A stretch of 64,000 nt of DNA, from contig CALRIT020000010.1 of the NCBI GenBank assembly GCA_943361925.1, positions 13,334 through 77,333 on the forward strand. Reading direction: 5' to 3'. The first letter of the stretch is position 1, and the number at the start of each line of letters is the position of its first letter. This DNA is from Vulcanococcus limneticus LL (GTDB lineage: Bacteria > Bacteroidota > Bacteroidia > UKL13-3). Positions 48,211 to 56,568 of the stretch are shown here, one piece after another. Under the pieces are notes generated by a model that saw only the letters and a list, made by a program, of their open reading frames with translations, was not told the origin of the DNA and searched no databases. A program made the translations under genes and the position numbers.

Positions 48211-49620
48211 ATGGCTAGAAAAAAGAAAGAACCCAAATATTATCCAAATCTCCTCATTACCAATGCAGGAAGTGAAGGTAAAAGTATCGCTCGTGTAGAC
48301 GGAAAAGTGATCATGGTAGATTATGCAGTTCCGGGTGATATTGCAAATGTTAAAACTACTTACCAGAAACATAAATTCGAAACAGGCTTTATTGAGGAAC
48401 TTATTCAGGCTTCTCCTGATAGGGTTGAAACTTTTTGCGAGCACTTTGGTACTTGCGGAGGCTGCAAATGGCAACAAATGAGTTATGAAGCGCAACTTCG
48501 CTATAAACAACAACAAGTAGTTGATGCTTTTCAAAGAATTGGGAAATTTGAATATCCTGAATTAGATCCAATCATCGGTTCTGAAAAAACCAGGTATTAC
48601 CGCAATAAACTTGAGTATTCTGCCACCGAAAGAAAATGGCTCACAAATCTGGATGATAAAGCCGACATGCCTGATGAAGAGCATATTGGATTAGGTTACC
48701 ATATCCCGGGTAGATTCGACAAAGTTTTTGATGTGTTTAATTGCCATTTAATGGATGATTTGAACAATAAAATCAGAAATGAAATCAAAGAATTTTCGAA
48801 ACAAAATGGAATCTCTTTCTTCAAACTATACCAACAAACCGGCTTACTTAGAAATATCATTTTAAGAAATAACTCTAAAAATGAATGGATGCTGGTTGTT
48901 TGTTTTGGTGAAGATGATGAAATCCTAAGAGAAAAACTGATGAGTCATTTAAAGCAAAAATTTCCTGAAATCAGCTCCTTGCTTTATGTCATTAACACAA
49001 AAAAGAACGATACCATTTTTGATTTACCCGTTGAAGTTTATGCAGGCAAAAACTATTTAATTGAAAGTTTAGAAGGAATTAATTTTCAAATCGGACCAAA
49101 ATCCTTCTTCCAAACCAATACAGATCAAACATTAAATTTATACGGAAAAGCCCGTGAATTCGCTGGTTTAACAGGTAATGAAAATGTGTATGATTTATAT
49201 ACCGGAGTTGGAACCATTGCTTTGTTTATGGCAAAAATGGCTAAACAGGTTATCGGAATTGAATATGTTCCACAGGCCATTGAAGATGCTAAAATCAACG
49301 CCGAAATCAACAATATCAATCATGTTAGTTTTTATGCTGGTGATATGAAAGATGTTTTAAATGATGAATTGATAACAAAACATGGCAAACCTGATGTCAT
49401 TATCACTGATCCACCAAGAGCAGGAATGCACCCAGATGTTTGCACAAAATTAATGGAACTAAGAGCACCAAAAATTGTATATGTAAGCTGTAATCCTGCT
49501 ACCCAAGCCAGAGATATTGCTTTGATGCAGGAAGTTTATAAAGTAACAAAAGTTCAGCCTGTCGACATGTTTCCACATACCCATCACGTTGAAAATATTG
49601 CATTGTTAGAATTGATTTAA
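48211..49620 (+). CDS. rlmD: 23S rRNA (uracil-C5)-methyltransferase RlmD/RumA family
   Basis: TRAM-like N-terminus, the Fe-S Cys cluster CEHFGTCGGCKWQ, SAM-binding DLYTGVGTIAL, and catalytic VYVSCNPATQARD. Start at MARKKKEP. Confidence 0.88.
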   Translation: MARKKKEPKYYPNLLITNAGSEGKSIARVDGKVIMVDYAVPGDIANVKTTYQKHKFETGFIEELIQASPDRVETFCEHFGTCGGCKWQQMSYEAQLRYKQQQVVDAFQRIGKFEYPELDPIIGSEKTRYYRNKLEYSATERKWLTNLDDKADMPDEEHIGLGYHIPGRFDKVFDVFNCHLMDDLNNKIRNEIKEFSKQNGISFFKLYQQTGLLRNIILRNNSKNEWMLVVCFGEDDEILREKLMSHLKQKFPEISSLLYVINTKKNDTIFDLPVEVYAGKNYLIESLEGINFQIGPKSFFQTNTDQTLNLYGKAREFAGLTGNENVYDLYTGVGTIALFMAKMAKQVIGIEYVPQAIEDAKINAEINNINHVSFYAGDMKDVLNDELITKHGKPDVIITDPPRAGMHPDVCTKLMELRAPKIVYVSCNPATQARDIALMQEVYKVTKVQPVDMFPHTHHVENIALLELI

Positions 49621-49621
49621 T

Positions 49622-50008
49622 ATGGAGCAATCAGAAATTTTTAATAAACTTTTAGAAACCCTTAAGGATGATTTAGCATTCTATTCAGAAATGATAAAAG
49701 AGGTTTCAACTGAAATGATTAAAGAAGGTTTTACCTCCTACCCTATTTTTGTTGCGCATCAACACGAAGTTAAACTGGGTGAAGTGATTCTTAAAAGGGA
49801 AGATTTTGCAAGAGATTTTAATATCAATGCATCTACACTGGAAGAGTTAGTCGAAAAAAAACTCATCCTTGAAGAAAAGAAACATGAGTTCATTGTAAAC
49901 TATTCAAACCCCAAAACAACAATGTGTATTTTATTGGTTACTGCCAGTGGTGCACATTTTATTTTTGTTCCATTTAAGCTGAAAGGAAAGGTGAATGAGC
50001 AAGCCTAA
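49622..50008 (+). CDS. Hypothetical protein
   Basis: 128-aa ORF starting 1 nt after the rlmD stop and overlapping the next gene by 14 nt. No motif recognised. Confidence 0.5.
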   Translation: MEQSEIFNKLLETLKDDLAFYSEMIKEVSTEMIKEGFTSYPIFVAHQHEVKLGEVILKREDFARDFNINASTLEELVEKKLILEEKKHEFIVNYSNPKTTMCILLVTASGAHFIFVPFKLKGKVNEQA

Positions 50009-51020
50009 AGTAGCAGTAGTTATCATTCACTGGAACAACAGACATCTTCTTGAAACCTTTATGCCGGTTGTCCTAAAAAGCACCTATCCTAATTTAGAAA
50101 TATACCTGGCCGATAATGCTTCTACCGACGATAGTGTTGCTTATATCCAAGCACATTTTCCGGAAGTAAAAATCATTCAACTCGACAAAAATTACGGATA
50201 TGCCGGCGGATACAATGAAGCACTTAAACAAGTTGAAGCCGATTATTATATTCTCTTAAACAATGATGTGGCTGTAGATCCAGATTGGATTGAGCCCGTT
50301 ATTGAAGCAATGGAGCAGGATAAATTAATAGCTGCTGCCCAACCAAAACTTCTTCAATTTAAAGAGCCGGAATACTTTGAATATGCCGGTGCAGCCGGTG
50401 GATATATCGACCATCTTGGTTATGTATTCTGTAAAGGAAGAATATTCGAAACCATGGAAAAAGATTTAGGACAATACAATGAATCTTCTCAAATATTCTG
50501 GGCTAGTGGAGCATGTTTGTTTATCAAATCAGCTGCCTTCAAAAAAGCCAATGGATTTGATGCCGATTACTTTGCACACATGGAAGAAGTGGATTTATGC
50601 TGGAGATTACAATTAATGAATTATAAAATCATTTCTGTTCCAAAATCTACAGTTTATCATTTAGGTGGAAGTACTTTAAAGAAAGCAAGTCCACAAAAAA
50701 CTTACCTGAATTTCAGGAATTCCTTAATCATGTTGCTTAAAAACATGCCAGTTTCACAACTTTGGTGGTTTATTCCTTATAGAACATTCTTGGATTTGGT
50801 GAGTTCAATTTTCTTTTTAATCAACGAAGAACCTCGCCATAGTTGGGCAATACACAGAGCACATGCCGATTTCTTTTTTAAGTTCTCTTTTTGGTGGAAG
50901 AAAAGAGCCGAAGTAACTAGATTATGTAATCCTCTTAAATCTGATGTTTGTTATAGAGGAAGTATTGTTTTTGCTCATTTTGCTCTAAGGAAAAAAAGCT
51001 TCAAAGAAATTAAGTTTTAA
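49995..51020 (+). CDS. Family 2 glycosyltransferase
   Basis: VAVVIIHWNN, LADNASTDDS, LLNNDV (DxD-like), and the CWRL segment common in rhamnosyltransferase-like GT2 enzymes. Confidence 0.8.
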   Translation: MSKPKVAVVIIHWNNRHLLETFMPVVLKSTYPNLEIYLADNASTDDSVAYIQAHFPEVKIIQLDKNYGYAGGYNEALKQVEADYYILLNNDVAVDPDWIEPVIEAMEQDKLIAAAQPKLLQFKEPEYFEYAGAAGGYIDHLGYVFCKGRIFETMEKDLGQYNESSQIFWASGACLFIKSAAFKKANGFDADYFAHMEEVDLCWRLQLMNYKIISVPKSTVYHLGGSTLKKASPQKTYLNFRNSLIMLLKNMPVSQLWWFIPYRTFLDLVSSIFFLINEEPRHSWAIHRAHADFFFKFSFWWKKRAEVTRLCNPLKSDVCYRGSIVFAHFALRKKSFKEIKF

Positions 51021-51454
51021 TACTCCAGTTTCTTCAACATATGATATCCCTTCTTTTGAAAACCTAAATTTTCATAGAATTTGTGTGCCCTTGTATTTTC
51101 TAAATAAGCATCTAACATTAAAAACCTGCATGATGCTTCTTTGGCAATAAGTTCCAATTCATTCATCATTAATTCCCCTACTTTCTTAGAGCGAAAATCT
51201 GAATCAACAACAACATTATCAGGTTCTAAATACCTGCCGGAATAAATTTTAGTTTGAATCCAGTAACCGCTAATTGCAATGCATTTTTCATCATAAAAAA
51301 CACCCAACATTTTATAATTGGCTGTAATCATTTCTGGTAACATTTGAAGAAAATATTCTTCCTTTAAATTTGGATTTAACTGCTGAATCAAATGAAATTG
51401 TTGTTGCATTTGTTCAAGAGTCAAACTCCTTACAATTTTAAAGTCGAGACTCAT
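51017..51454 (-). CDS. GNAT-family N-acetyltransferase
   Basis: 145 aa. VVVDSDFRSKKVGELMMNELE (acetyl-CoA binding, R/Q-x-x-G-x-G/A type) and FYENLGF. Confidence 0.8.
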   Translation of the reverse strand: MSLDFKIVRSLTLEQMQQQFHLIQQLNPNLKEEYFLQMLPEMITANYKMLGVFYDEKCIAISGYWIQTKIYSGRYLEPDNVVVDSDFRSKKVGELMMNELELIAKEASCRFLMLDAYLENTRAHKFYENLGFQKKGYHMLKKLEY

Positions 51455-51455
51455 A

Positions 51456-51872
51456 TCAAATCATAAAATTATGAAGTGCCAATTCATAGGATTTCAGTCC
51501 AAAACCAGTTATTAATCCTTTTGCATATTTGCTGATAAAAGAATGATGCCTAAACTCTTCTCTAGAAAAAACATTACTGATATGAACTTCAACAACTGGA
51601 ATTTGTATAGCTGCAACTGCATCTCCAATTGCAATAGAGGTATGTGTATATGCTCCGGCATTCAAAATAATTCCATCTGAAATTTTTCTCAACTCATGCA
51701 AACGATTGATGATTTCTCCTTCTACATTACTCTGAAAATAACTCAACTCTATTTGAGGAAACTTTAGCTTTAATTCTTCAAAGTATTTTTCAAAAGTCAG
51801 GTTTCCGTAAATTTCAGGTTCACGTTCGCCTAGCAAATTCAAATTCGGACCATTAACGATTTCGATTTTCAT
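51456..51872 (-). CDS. aroQ: Type II 3-dehydroquinate dehydratase
   Basis: MKIEIVNGPNLNLLGEREPEIYG, QSNVEGEII, NAGAYTHTSIAIGDA, VEVHISN. Confidence 0.95.
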   Translation of the reverse strand: MKIEIVNGPNLNLLGEREPEIYGNLTFEKYFEELKLKFPQIELSYFQSNVEGEIINRLHELRKISDGIILNAGAYTHTSIAIGDAVAAIQIPVVEVHISNVFSREEFRHHSFISKYAKGLITGFGLKSYELALHNFMI

Positions 51873-52047
51873 AAAACAAATATGCTAAAGAATTGATGAA
51901 AACACAGATGAATAGCAGAATAATGCTAAGAAAATCAAAATAAATTATCATCAATAATATTTTCCGCTCATCAATTAAAATCCTTTAAACAACAAAAAAA
52001 TTGCTCAGAAGCACTTAAATGTTTGATTTTAAGCTAAGTTTTAGAAA

Positions 52048-52055
52048 TAATTTTG
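52048..52055 (+). promoter_or_regulatory. -7 promoter box (TAATTTTG)
   Basis: Exact TAnnTTTG match, ending 29 nt before the ATG at 52085. Confidence 0.4.
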
Positions 52056-52084
52056 TAGATTTGTAACAAATAAGTCGAAAAGTG

Positions 52085-52762
52085 ATGAAAAAACTAATAC
52101 TCATTATATTTTTAGGTCTAAGTCTTAACTCAGCATTTGCTCAGTTTGAATTGGTGCCTAAAGTTGCGAAAAATCAAGCAAGCAGTAATAAATTCCTAAT
52201 AGAAGCAGTTGCTCAATTTACCAATAATGGTGGTGATTCTTTATTCGAGTGGAACATCTTAGAAGTAAACATTCCTTCAGGTTGGACATTTGGTATGTGT
52301 GATCCTTACAACTGTTTAGATAATGTTGTTGAAGGTCGTAAAAGTGGTTTTACTTTAGGTAAAGGAAAAGGTGGTGAATTCAAAGGTGATTTCACTGCAA
52401 ACAGCATTCCTGGAAATGGTTTTGTTAAAGTTCATATTTATTCTAGAACAAACGCTTCTATTCAAGATACTTTGGCTTATTCAGTAAACGCATGGCCTGT
52501 AGGTGTAAGAGAAAATTCTAAAAGCAATTTTGATTTTAGTTTCTTCCCTAATCCTGCTAAAGAAAGATTGGTCATTAAGTACACTACTCGTGAACCAATT
52601 CAAATCAACATCTACAATATTTTAGGTGTTAAAGTTAAAACTATTACTCATTCAGGAAATGAAACTGAAATCAATATTGGTGATTTACAAAACGGAATAT
52701 ACTTCATCCGTTTCAAAGATGGTAACCAAACCATCTCTAAATCTTTCACCAAATCTGAATAA
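52085..52762 (+). CDS. Small secreted protein with a T9SS C-terminal sorting domain
   Basis: Signal peptide MKKLILIIFLGLSLNSAFAQ. C-terminal FFPNPAKERLVIKY...NIYNILGVKV...LQNGIYFIRF is a Por/T9SS CTD. Confidence 0.75.
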   Translation: MKKLILIIFLGLSLNSAFAQFELVPKVAKNQASSNKFLIEAVAQFTNNGGDSLFEWNILEVNIPSGWTFGMCDPYNCLDNVVEGRKSGFTLGKGKGGEFKGDFTANSIPGNGFVKVHIYSRTNASIQDTLAYSVNAWPVGVRENSKSNFDFSFFPNPAKERLVIKYTTREPIQINIYNILGVKVKTITHSGNETEINIGDLQNGIYFIRFKDGNQTISKSFTKSE

Positions 52763-52785
52763 GATTTTCTAAACTAATTTTGAAA

Positions 52786-52811
52786 AGCTGAATGAAAATT
52801 CAGCTTTTTTT
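52786..52811 (+). terminator. Rho-independent terminator
   Basis: agctgaat / gaaa / attcagct followed by ttttttt. Confidence 0.85.
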
Positions 52812-52847
52812 ATGCCTAAAAACTAATAATCTTAGCTATTAAATCTA

Positions 52848-53441
52848 ATGAAAAAGATACATCAATTGCTTCTTTTCATTTACTATTTAATTTGGGCAAT
52901 TTGCTTAGTATTTGCTTACGCTTATTTAACAGATAAATTTTATAGTATTGGACGATGGTTTGGGCCAATAGCAGGATTACTGACCATTTCAATCAGTTTA
53001 ATAACATTATTAACGTTAAGTTTCCTTTATATATTCAGAAAATCGAAAAGAGCTTTAAACGCAAAATTTATTCAATTAAGCCTAATTCCTTTTTTAGGAT
53101 TGATTCCTTTTTTTATTCTGAATTCAATACCAAATGAATTAGAAAATCAAGTCGTAAAAATTAAAGTAACTTATGTAGCATATAGTTGCGAATGCGCGAA
53201 CTGGAAAATAAAAACAATAAATGGAGAACCCTGCAAGGAGCCTAATTGTGAAGATATTTTTCTGGAAGCTTTACAGCCCAAAAATGAAATACAAGAAGAT
53301 GTATTTCAAAATGGAAAAACCATTGAATTAACAGGGAAATTTTACAAGAAAAAAGGCTTTCCAAAAGATTATCACCAATCAGAGCAACAGCCTCAAAAAG
53401 CTAGAATTTTTCAGTACAGTTCTTATAAAATTAGTAATTAA
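52848..53441 (+). CDS. Membrane protein with a Cys-containing C-terminal soluble domain, function unknown
   Basis: 197 aa. Three hydrophobic helices, then YVAYSCECANWKIKTINGEPCKEPNCEDIF. Confidence 0.5.
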   Translation: MKKIHQLLLFIYYLIWAICLVFAYAYLTDKFYSIGRWFGPIAGLLTISISLITLLTLSFLYIFRKSKRALNAKFIQLSLIPFLGLIPFFILNSIPNELENQVVKIKVTYVAYSCECANWKIKTINGEPCKEPNCEDIFLEALQPKNEIQEDVFQNGKTIELTGKFYKKKGFPKDYHQSEQQPQKARIFQYSSYKISN

Positions 53442-53459
53442 ATGGATGTAATTTTTAAT

Positions 53460-53503
53460 AAAAAAAATGCATCAATAGAAAACCTATCGATGCATTTTTT
53501 TTT
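53460..53503. terminator. Bidirectional terminator between convergent genes
   Basis: atgcatcaatag / loop / ctatcgatgcat (one mismatch), flanked by an A-run upstream and a T-run downstream. Confidence 0.75.
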
Positions 53504-53517
53504 AGTTATTATTAATA

Positions 53518-55020
53518 TTAAAACCTTACGCCACCACCAAAACTTACCATAAGTCGGTTGAAAGAATTCACAGCATTTTGATTAGCTCCATCATAAGGTG
53601 TATACAAGTCTTTTCCTCTTACCTGGTTCACACCTAAATCAAAGAAATAATCCTGGTTATAAATCCAGCCAAAACCTGCACTAATTAATGTCCTTTTTCC
53701 ATCCGCAGAAGAAATATAATCTTCTTTAAAAGGACTTCCTAGCAAGGCATATCCGGCCCTGAATCTTAGATCTTCATATTTAATTTCCAAACCGGTACGA
53801 ATGTTTGTTGATTTACCATACAAAGTTCTTACACGGCTATTTTCTTTATCGTACGAAAATCCTTCTGCACTTAATTTCCCTGTAGAATAATCTACTTGTT
53901 CGTAATCAACAGTTACCAATGCAAATTTGGCAATAGTTACAGCTCCCGAAACATTGTATCTCGATGGAGTTCTAAGTTGGTATTCAAAATAGTCTTCTCT
54001 ATCCTCTGCGGGTTCTGTAAACGAACGTCCGTCTGAATAAACCATGGTTAAATCATTTCTGTAATAATCAGTTAGATTTAATATCACAGCAGTATGGTAA
54101 CTTGCTCCCAATTTAAGGAAATCTAATGGGCGAATGATTGCACCAATTTTTGCTCCAACCCCTGATCCCTTTGTATTTACATATTGATTGATAATAGACG
54201 ATTTGTATACATTATTTGAAACGGTACTGCTAAGTAAATCTTCAGTCAGACTAATATTAGAAGTAAAATTAACATCCTGAAAAACCAGTGATGCGCCTAG
54301 ATAAACAAAATTACTTAAATTCATTCCACCTGAAACATACCATTCAGAAGCCCTTCCTCTCAATTTCATTTGCTGAAAATGGTTTACAAAGTAGTTTGTA
54401 TCACCTTGTAATTTCTGTATAGAAGCATAATTACTTCTACTTCCATTATTATCCATTAATCGAACACGCCAAGCTAATGCAGAAAGTGTATTGTCGTAAT
54501 CAGTACTTAAGAAGTTTGCAGAATCTCTACCCTGGGCTGACTGAGCTAAAAAATCTCCAACAGTTGTATTACTGTTTTTGCCTGAATACTCAATATTTTG
54601 CTGATAATCTGCCAAACGATTCACGCCAAATGCAAAACTATAACTAACTAAACCTTGTGTTGCGCTTTTGCCTTTATACTGATTAAGATTGGTTACCACT
54701 AAACCAAAATTTGGAATATTAAAACCCAATCTGTAATCACTTATTTCAGAACCACCATAAGATGTATTAGAAGAAAAAGAGTTGAATGAAACTGCAGCCA
54801 TAAACTCATTTTTTCTGTACAAACCTAGTCCGGCAGGGTTAATACTTGCAGATGACATATCAGCACCCACTGCACCCCATGCTCCTGCTAAACCCATTGT
54901 TCTTGCAGAACCCTGATAGTTTTGTCGGGAGAACCTGAAAACATCTTCATGGTATTGAGCCTGACTTGTACCGGCTAATACAAGTAGACTTATTCCTAAA
55001 ATTATTCTTTTTGCTAACAT
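53518..55020 (-). CDS. Outer-membrane beta-barrel, FadL/OMPP1/PorV-like (tentative)
   Basis: 500 aa. Signal peptide ending TSQAQ. N-terminal block SARTMGLAGAWGAVGADMSSASINPAGLGLY resembles the FadL/PorV-type hatch motif. C-terminal MVSFGGGVRF ends in Phe. It starts 12 nt after the upstream lipoprotein stop. Confidence 0.6.
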   Translation of the reverse strand: MLAKRIILGISLLVLAGTSQAQYHEDVFRFSRQNYQGSARTMGLAGAWGAVGADMSSASINPAGLGLYRKNEFMAAVSFNSFSSNTSYGGSEISDYRLGFNIPNFGLVVTNLNQYKGKSATQGLVSYSFAFGVNRLADYQQNIEYSGKNSNTTVGDFLAQSAQGRDSANFLSTDYDNTLSALAWRVRLMDNNGSRSNYASIQKLQGDTNYFVNHFQQMKLRGRASEWYVSGGMNLSNFVYLGASLVFQDVNFTSNISLTEDLLSSTVSNNVYKSSIINQYVNTKGSGVGAKIGAIIRPLDFLKLGASYHTAVILNLTDYYRNDLTMVYSDGRSFTEPAEDREDYFEYQLRTPSRYNVSGAVTIAKFALVTVDYEQVDYSTGKLSAEGFSYDKENSRVRTLYGKSTNIRTGLEIKYEDLRFRAGYALLGSPFKEDYISSADGKRTLISAGFGWIYNQDYFFDLGVNQVRGKDLYTPYDGANQNAVNSFNRLMVSFGGGVRF

Positions 55021-55032
55021 AGTAGTATTTAA

Positions 55033-56481
55033 TTAACGGGGTCTAGAAACCGGACCTGATGAACCTCTGCTTCCGCCACCTGATGAGCTACCCGAACTTC
55101 CTGATGAACCGCCACCACCCGATCTAGTTGGAGCTGGCGCAGGTGAAGGTGTGTAAGAAGGAGAACTATTACTTCTTGAAGGTGGATCAAAACTAGGTCT
55201 GCTTCTTGAAGGTGTATTATCTGATGGAGCGCTTGGAGCTGGCGCGCTACCTTGTGAACCACCACCATAATTTGAATTTCTTGGAGGAACATAATAGGTC
55301 CTGCCTTGAGGTGTAACTTGTAAATCTCCACCCGACCTGCTTGAACCTGCTGCAGGAGCTGCACTAGCCGGAGGAACGGTTCTGTTTCTAGGTGGAACAT
55401 AAGTTTGTGTACCACCCGGACCTTGAATTAAGTCTCCACCGGGTCTGGTTGTTGTTTGAGCCGGAGCTGCTGGAGCATTGTTTAAATCAGGTCTGATATT
55501 TCTATTGGGACCACTTCTCGATGGAACATCACCTGAAGCCTGAGAAGGTGCGTTTCTCATAGCCGGCGCAACTGGTCTTGATTGTTGTCCGCCTGTATTT
55601 ACACTACCCGGGCGAGAGCCTGATGAACCTCTTCCAATACCTTCACCTCTAGGACTAAATCTTGGAGCATTTTGAACGATATCCCTTCCGGAATTCCAAC
55701 CAGCTCCATTATTTCTCCAATGATTACGATTCCAACAATTATTGTAACCAAACCAAGGATTATATCCATAACCATATCCCCATGGACTGTAACCAAATCC
55801 ATAATTAAATGCAAATGGATCGTAGAAGTAAGGGTTATAAAATGGGTTCCAAGGATCATAACCCCAAGGATTATAAGCATACGGATTTCCCCAGCCCATT
55901 CCACCAAATCCCATGTTATAACCAAAGCCCATGTTCCATCCACCGCGTGAACCCCAACTAATTCCAATATTCCATCCCGGAGCCCAATTATAAAAACCCG
56001 GACGAACTATTGGAGAATACCAGGATGTCCAACCCCAATTTGGCGATAATGCATTAAAATATGGGTCGGTATAATAAAAAGATCTTTCAGTACCGAATCT
56101 TCTGGCATCGCGTTCCTCTTCTGTTTCTCTATTGAATTGATCATTTGAAACAGCTTGCTCATCATAATTCTGTATTGCAGTGCTGCCTCTTTGAGAATTC
56201 CATGCCTGATATGCCTGATTTGCTCTTTCTTCTTCAGTATAACTTGATTCGGAATTATTAGTATTTCTGGCTGGTTCATAGTTTGAACCACCGCCTTTAT
56301 GATCCTTTTGTTTATCGAAATTAACATCATCCAGAGTTTGAATTTTGCTTTCATCACTCTTTTTAGACCAGTAAACATCGTCTTCAGCTGCCCCAACATT
56401 GAATTGTTGCTGTACCGTACAGGAACTTAATCCCGTAATAACCAACGCACTGCCAAGTAATATTAAGTTTTTCATAAACAT
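55033..56481 (-). CDS. Lipoprotein with an aromatic/Gly/Asn-rich low-complexity core and a Pro/Ser/Gly/Arg-rich tail
   Basis: Start set at MFMKNLILLGSALVITGLSSC (lipobox), because the track start at 56634 overlaps proS. The core reads NWGWTSWYSP...GWNMGFGYNMGFGGMGWGNPYAYNPWGYDPWNPFYNPYFYDPFAFNYGFGYSPWGYGYGYNPWFGYNN. The tail ends GGGGSSGSSGSSSGGGSRGSSGPVSRPR. Confidence 0.7.
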   Translation of the reverse strand: MFMKNLILLGSALVITGLSSCTVQQQFNVGAAEDDVYWSKKSDESKIQTLDDVNFDKQKDHKGGGSNYEPARNTNNSESSYTEEERANQAYQAWNSQRGSTAIQNYDEQAVSNDQFNRETEEERDARRFGTERSFYYTDPYFNALSPNWGWTSWYSPIVRPGFYNWAPGWNIGISWGSRGGWNMGFGYNMGFGGMGWGNPYAYNPWGYDPWNPFYNPYFYDPFAFNYGFGYSPWGYGYGYNPWFGYNNCWNRNHWRNNGAGWNSGRDIVQNAPRFSPRGEGIGRGSSGSRPGSVNTGGQQSRPVAPAMRNAPSQASGDVPSRSGPNRNIRPDLNNAPAAPAQTTTRPGGDLIQGPGGTQTYVPPRNRTVPPASAAPAAGSSRSGGDLQVTPQGRTYYVPPRNSNYGGGSQGSAPAPSAPSDNTPSRSRPSFDPPSRSNSSPSYTPSPAPAPTRSGGGGSSGSSGSSSGGGSRGSSGPVSRPR

Positions 56482-56518
56482 GAGATTTGTTTGCTTATAC
56501 AAAGTAACAACTAAAAAG

Positions 56519-56526
56519 TATTTTTG
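56519..56526 (+). promoter_or_regulatory. -7 promoter box TATTTTTG for proS
   Basis: Exact TAnnTTTG match 42 nt upstream of the proS ATG at 56569. Confidence 0.45.
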
Positions 56527-56568
56527 TGTCGGAATGATTAAATCAAAATCCATTCCAAAATTCGAAAC

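Noticed and set aside
48163-48534. 123-aa minus-strand ORF.
   Set aside because: It lies entirely antisense to the 5-prime part of rlmD, including its Fe-S Cys motif region. The rlmD frame has clear family signatures.
55029-56399. Four long ORFs from the track in other frames or on the other strand (55029-55415, 55599-55967, 55672-55950, 56007-56399).
   Set aside because: They are shadow ORFs produced by the biased, GC-rich low-complexity coding sequence of the 55033-56481 lipoprotein gene. They have no signal, no motif and no independent start context.
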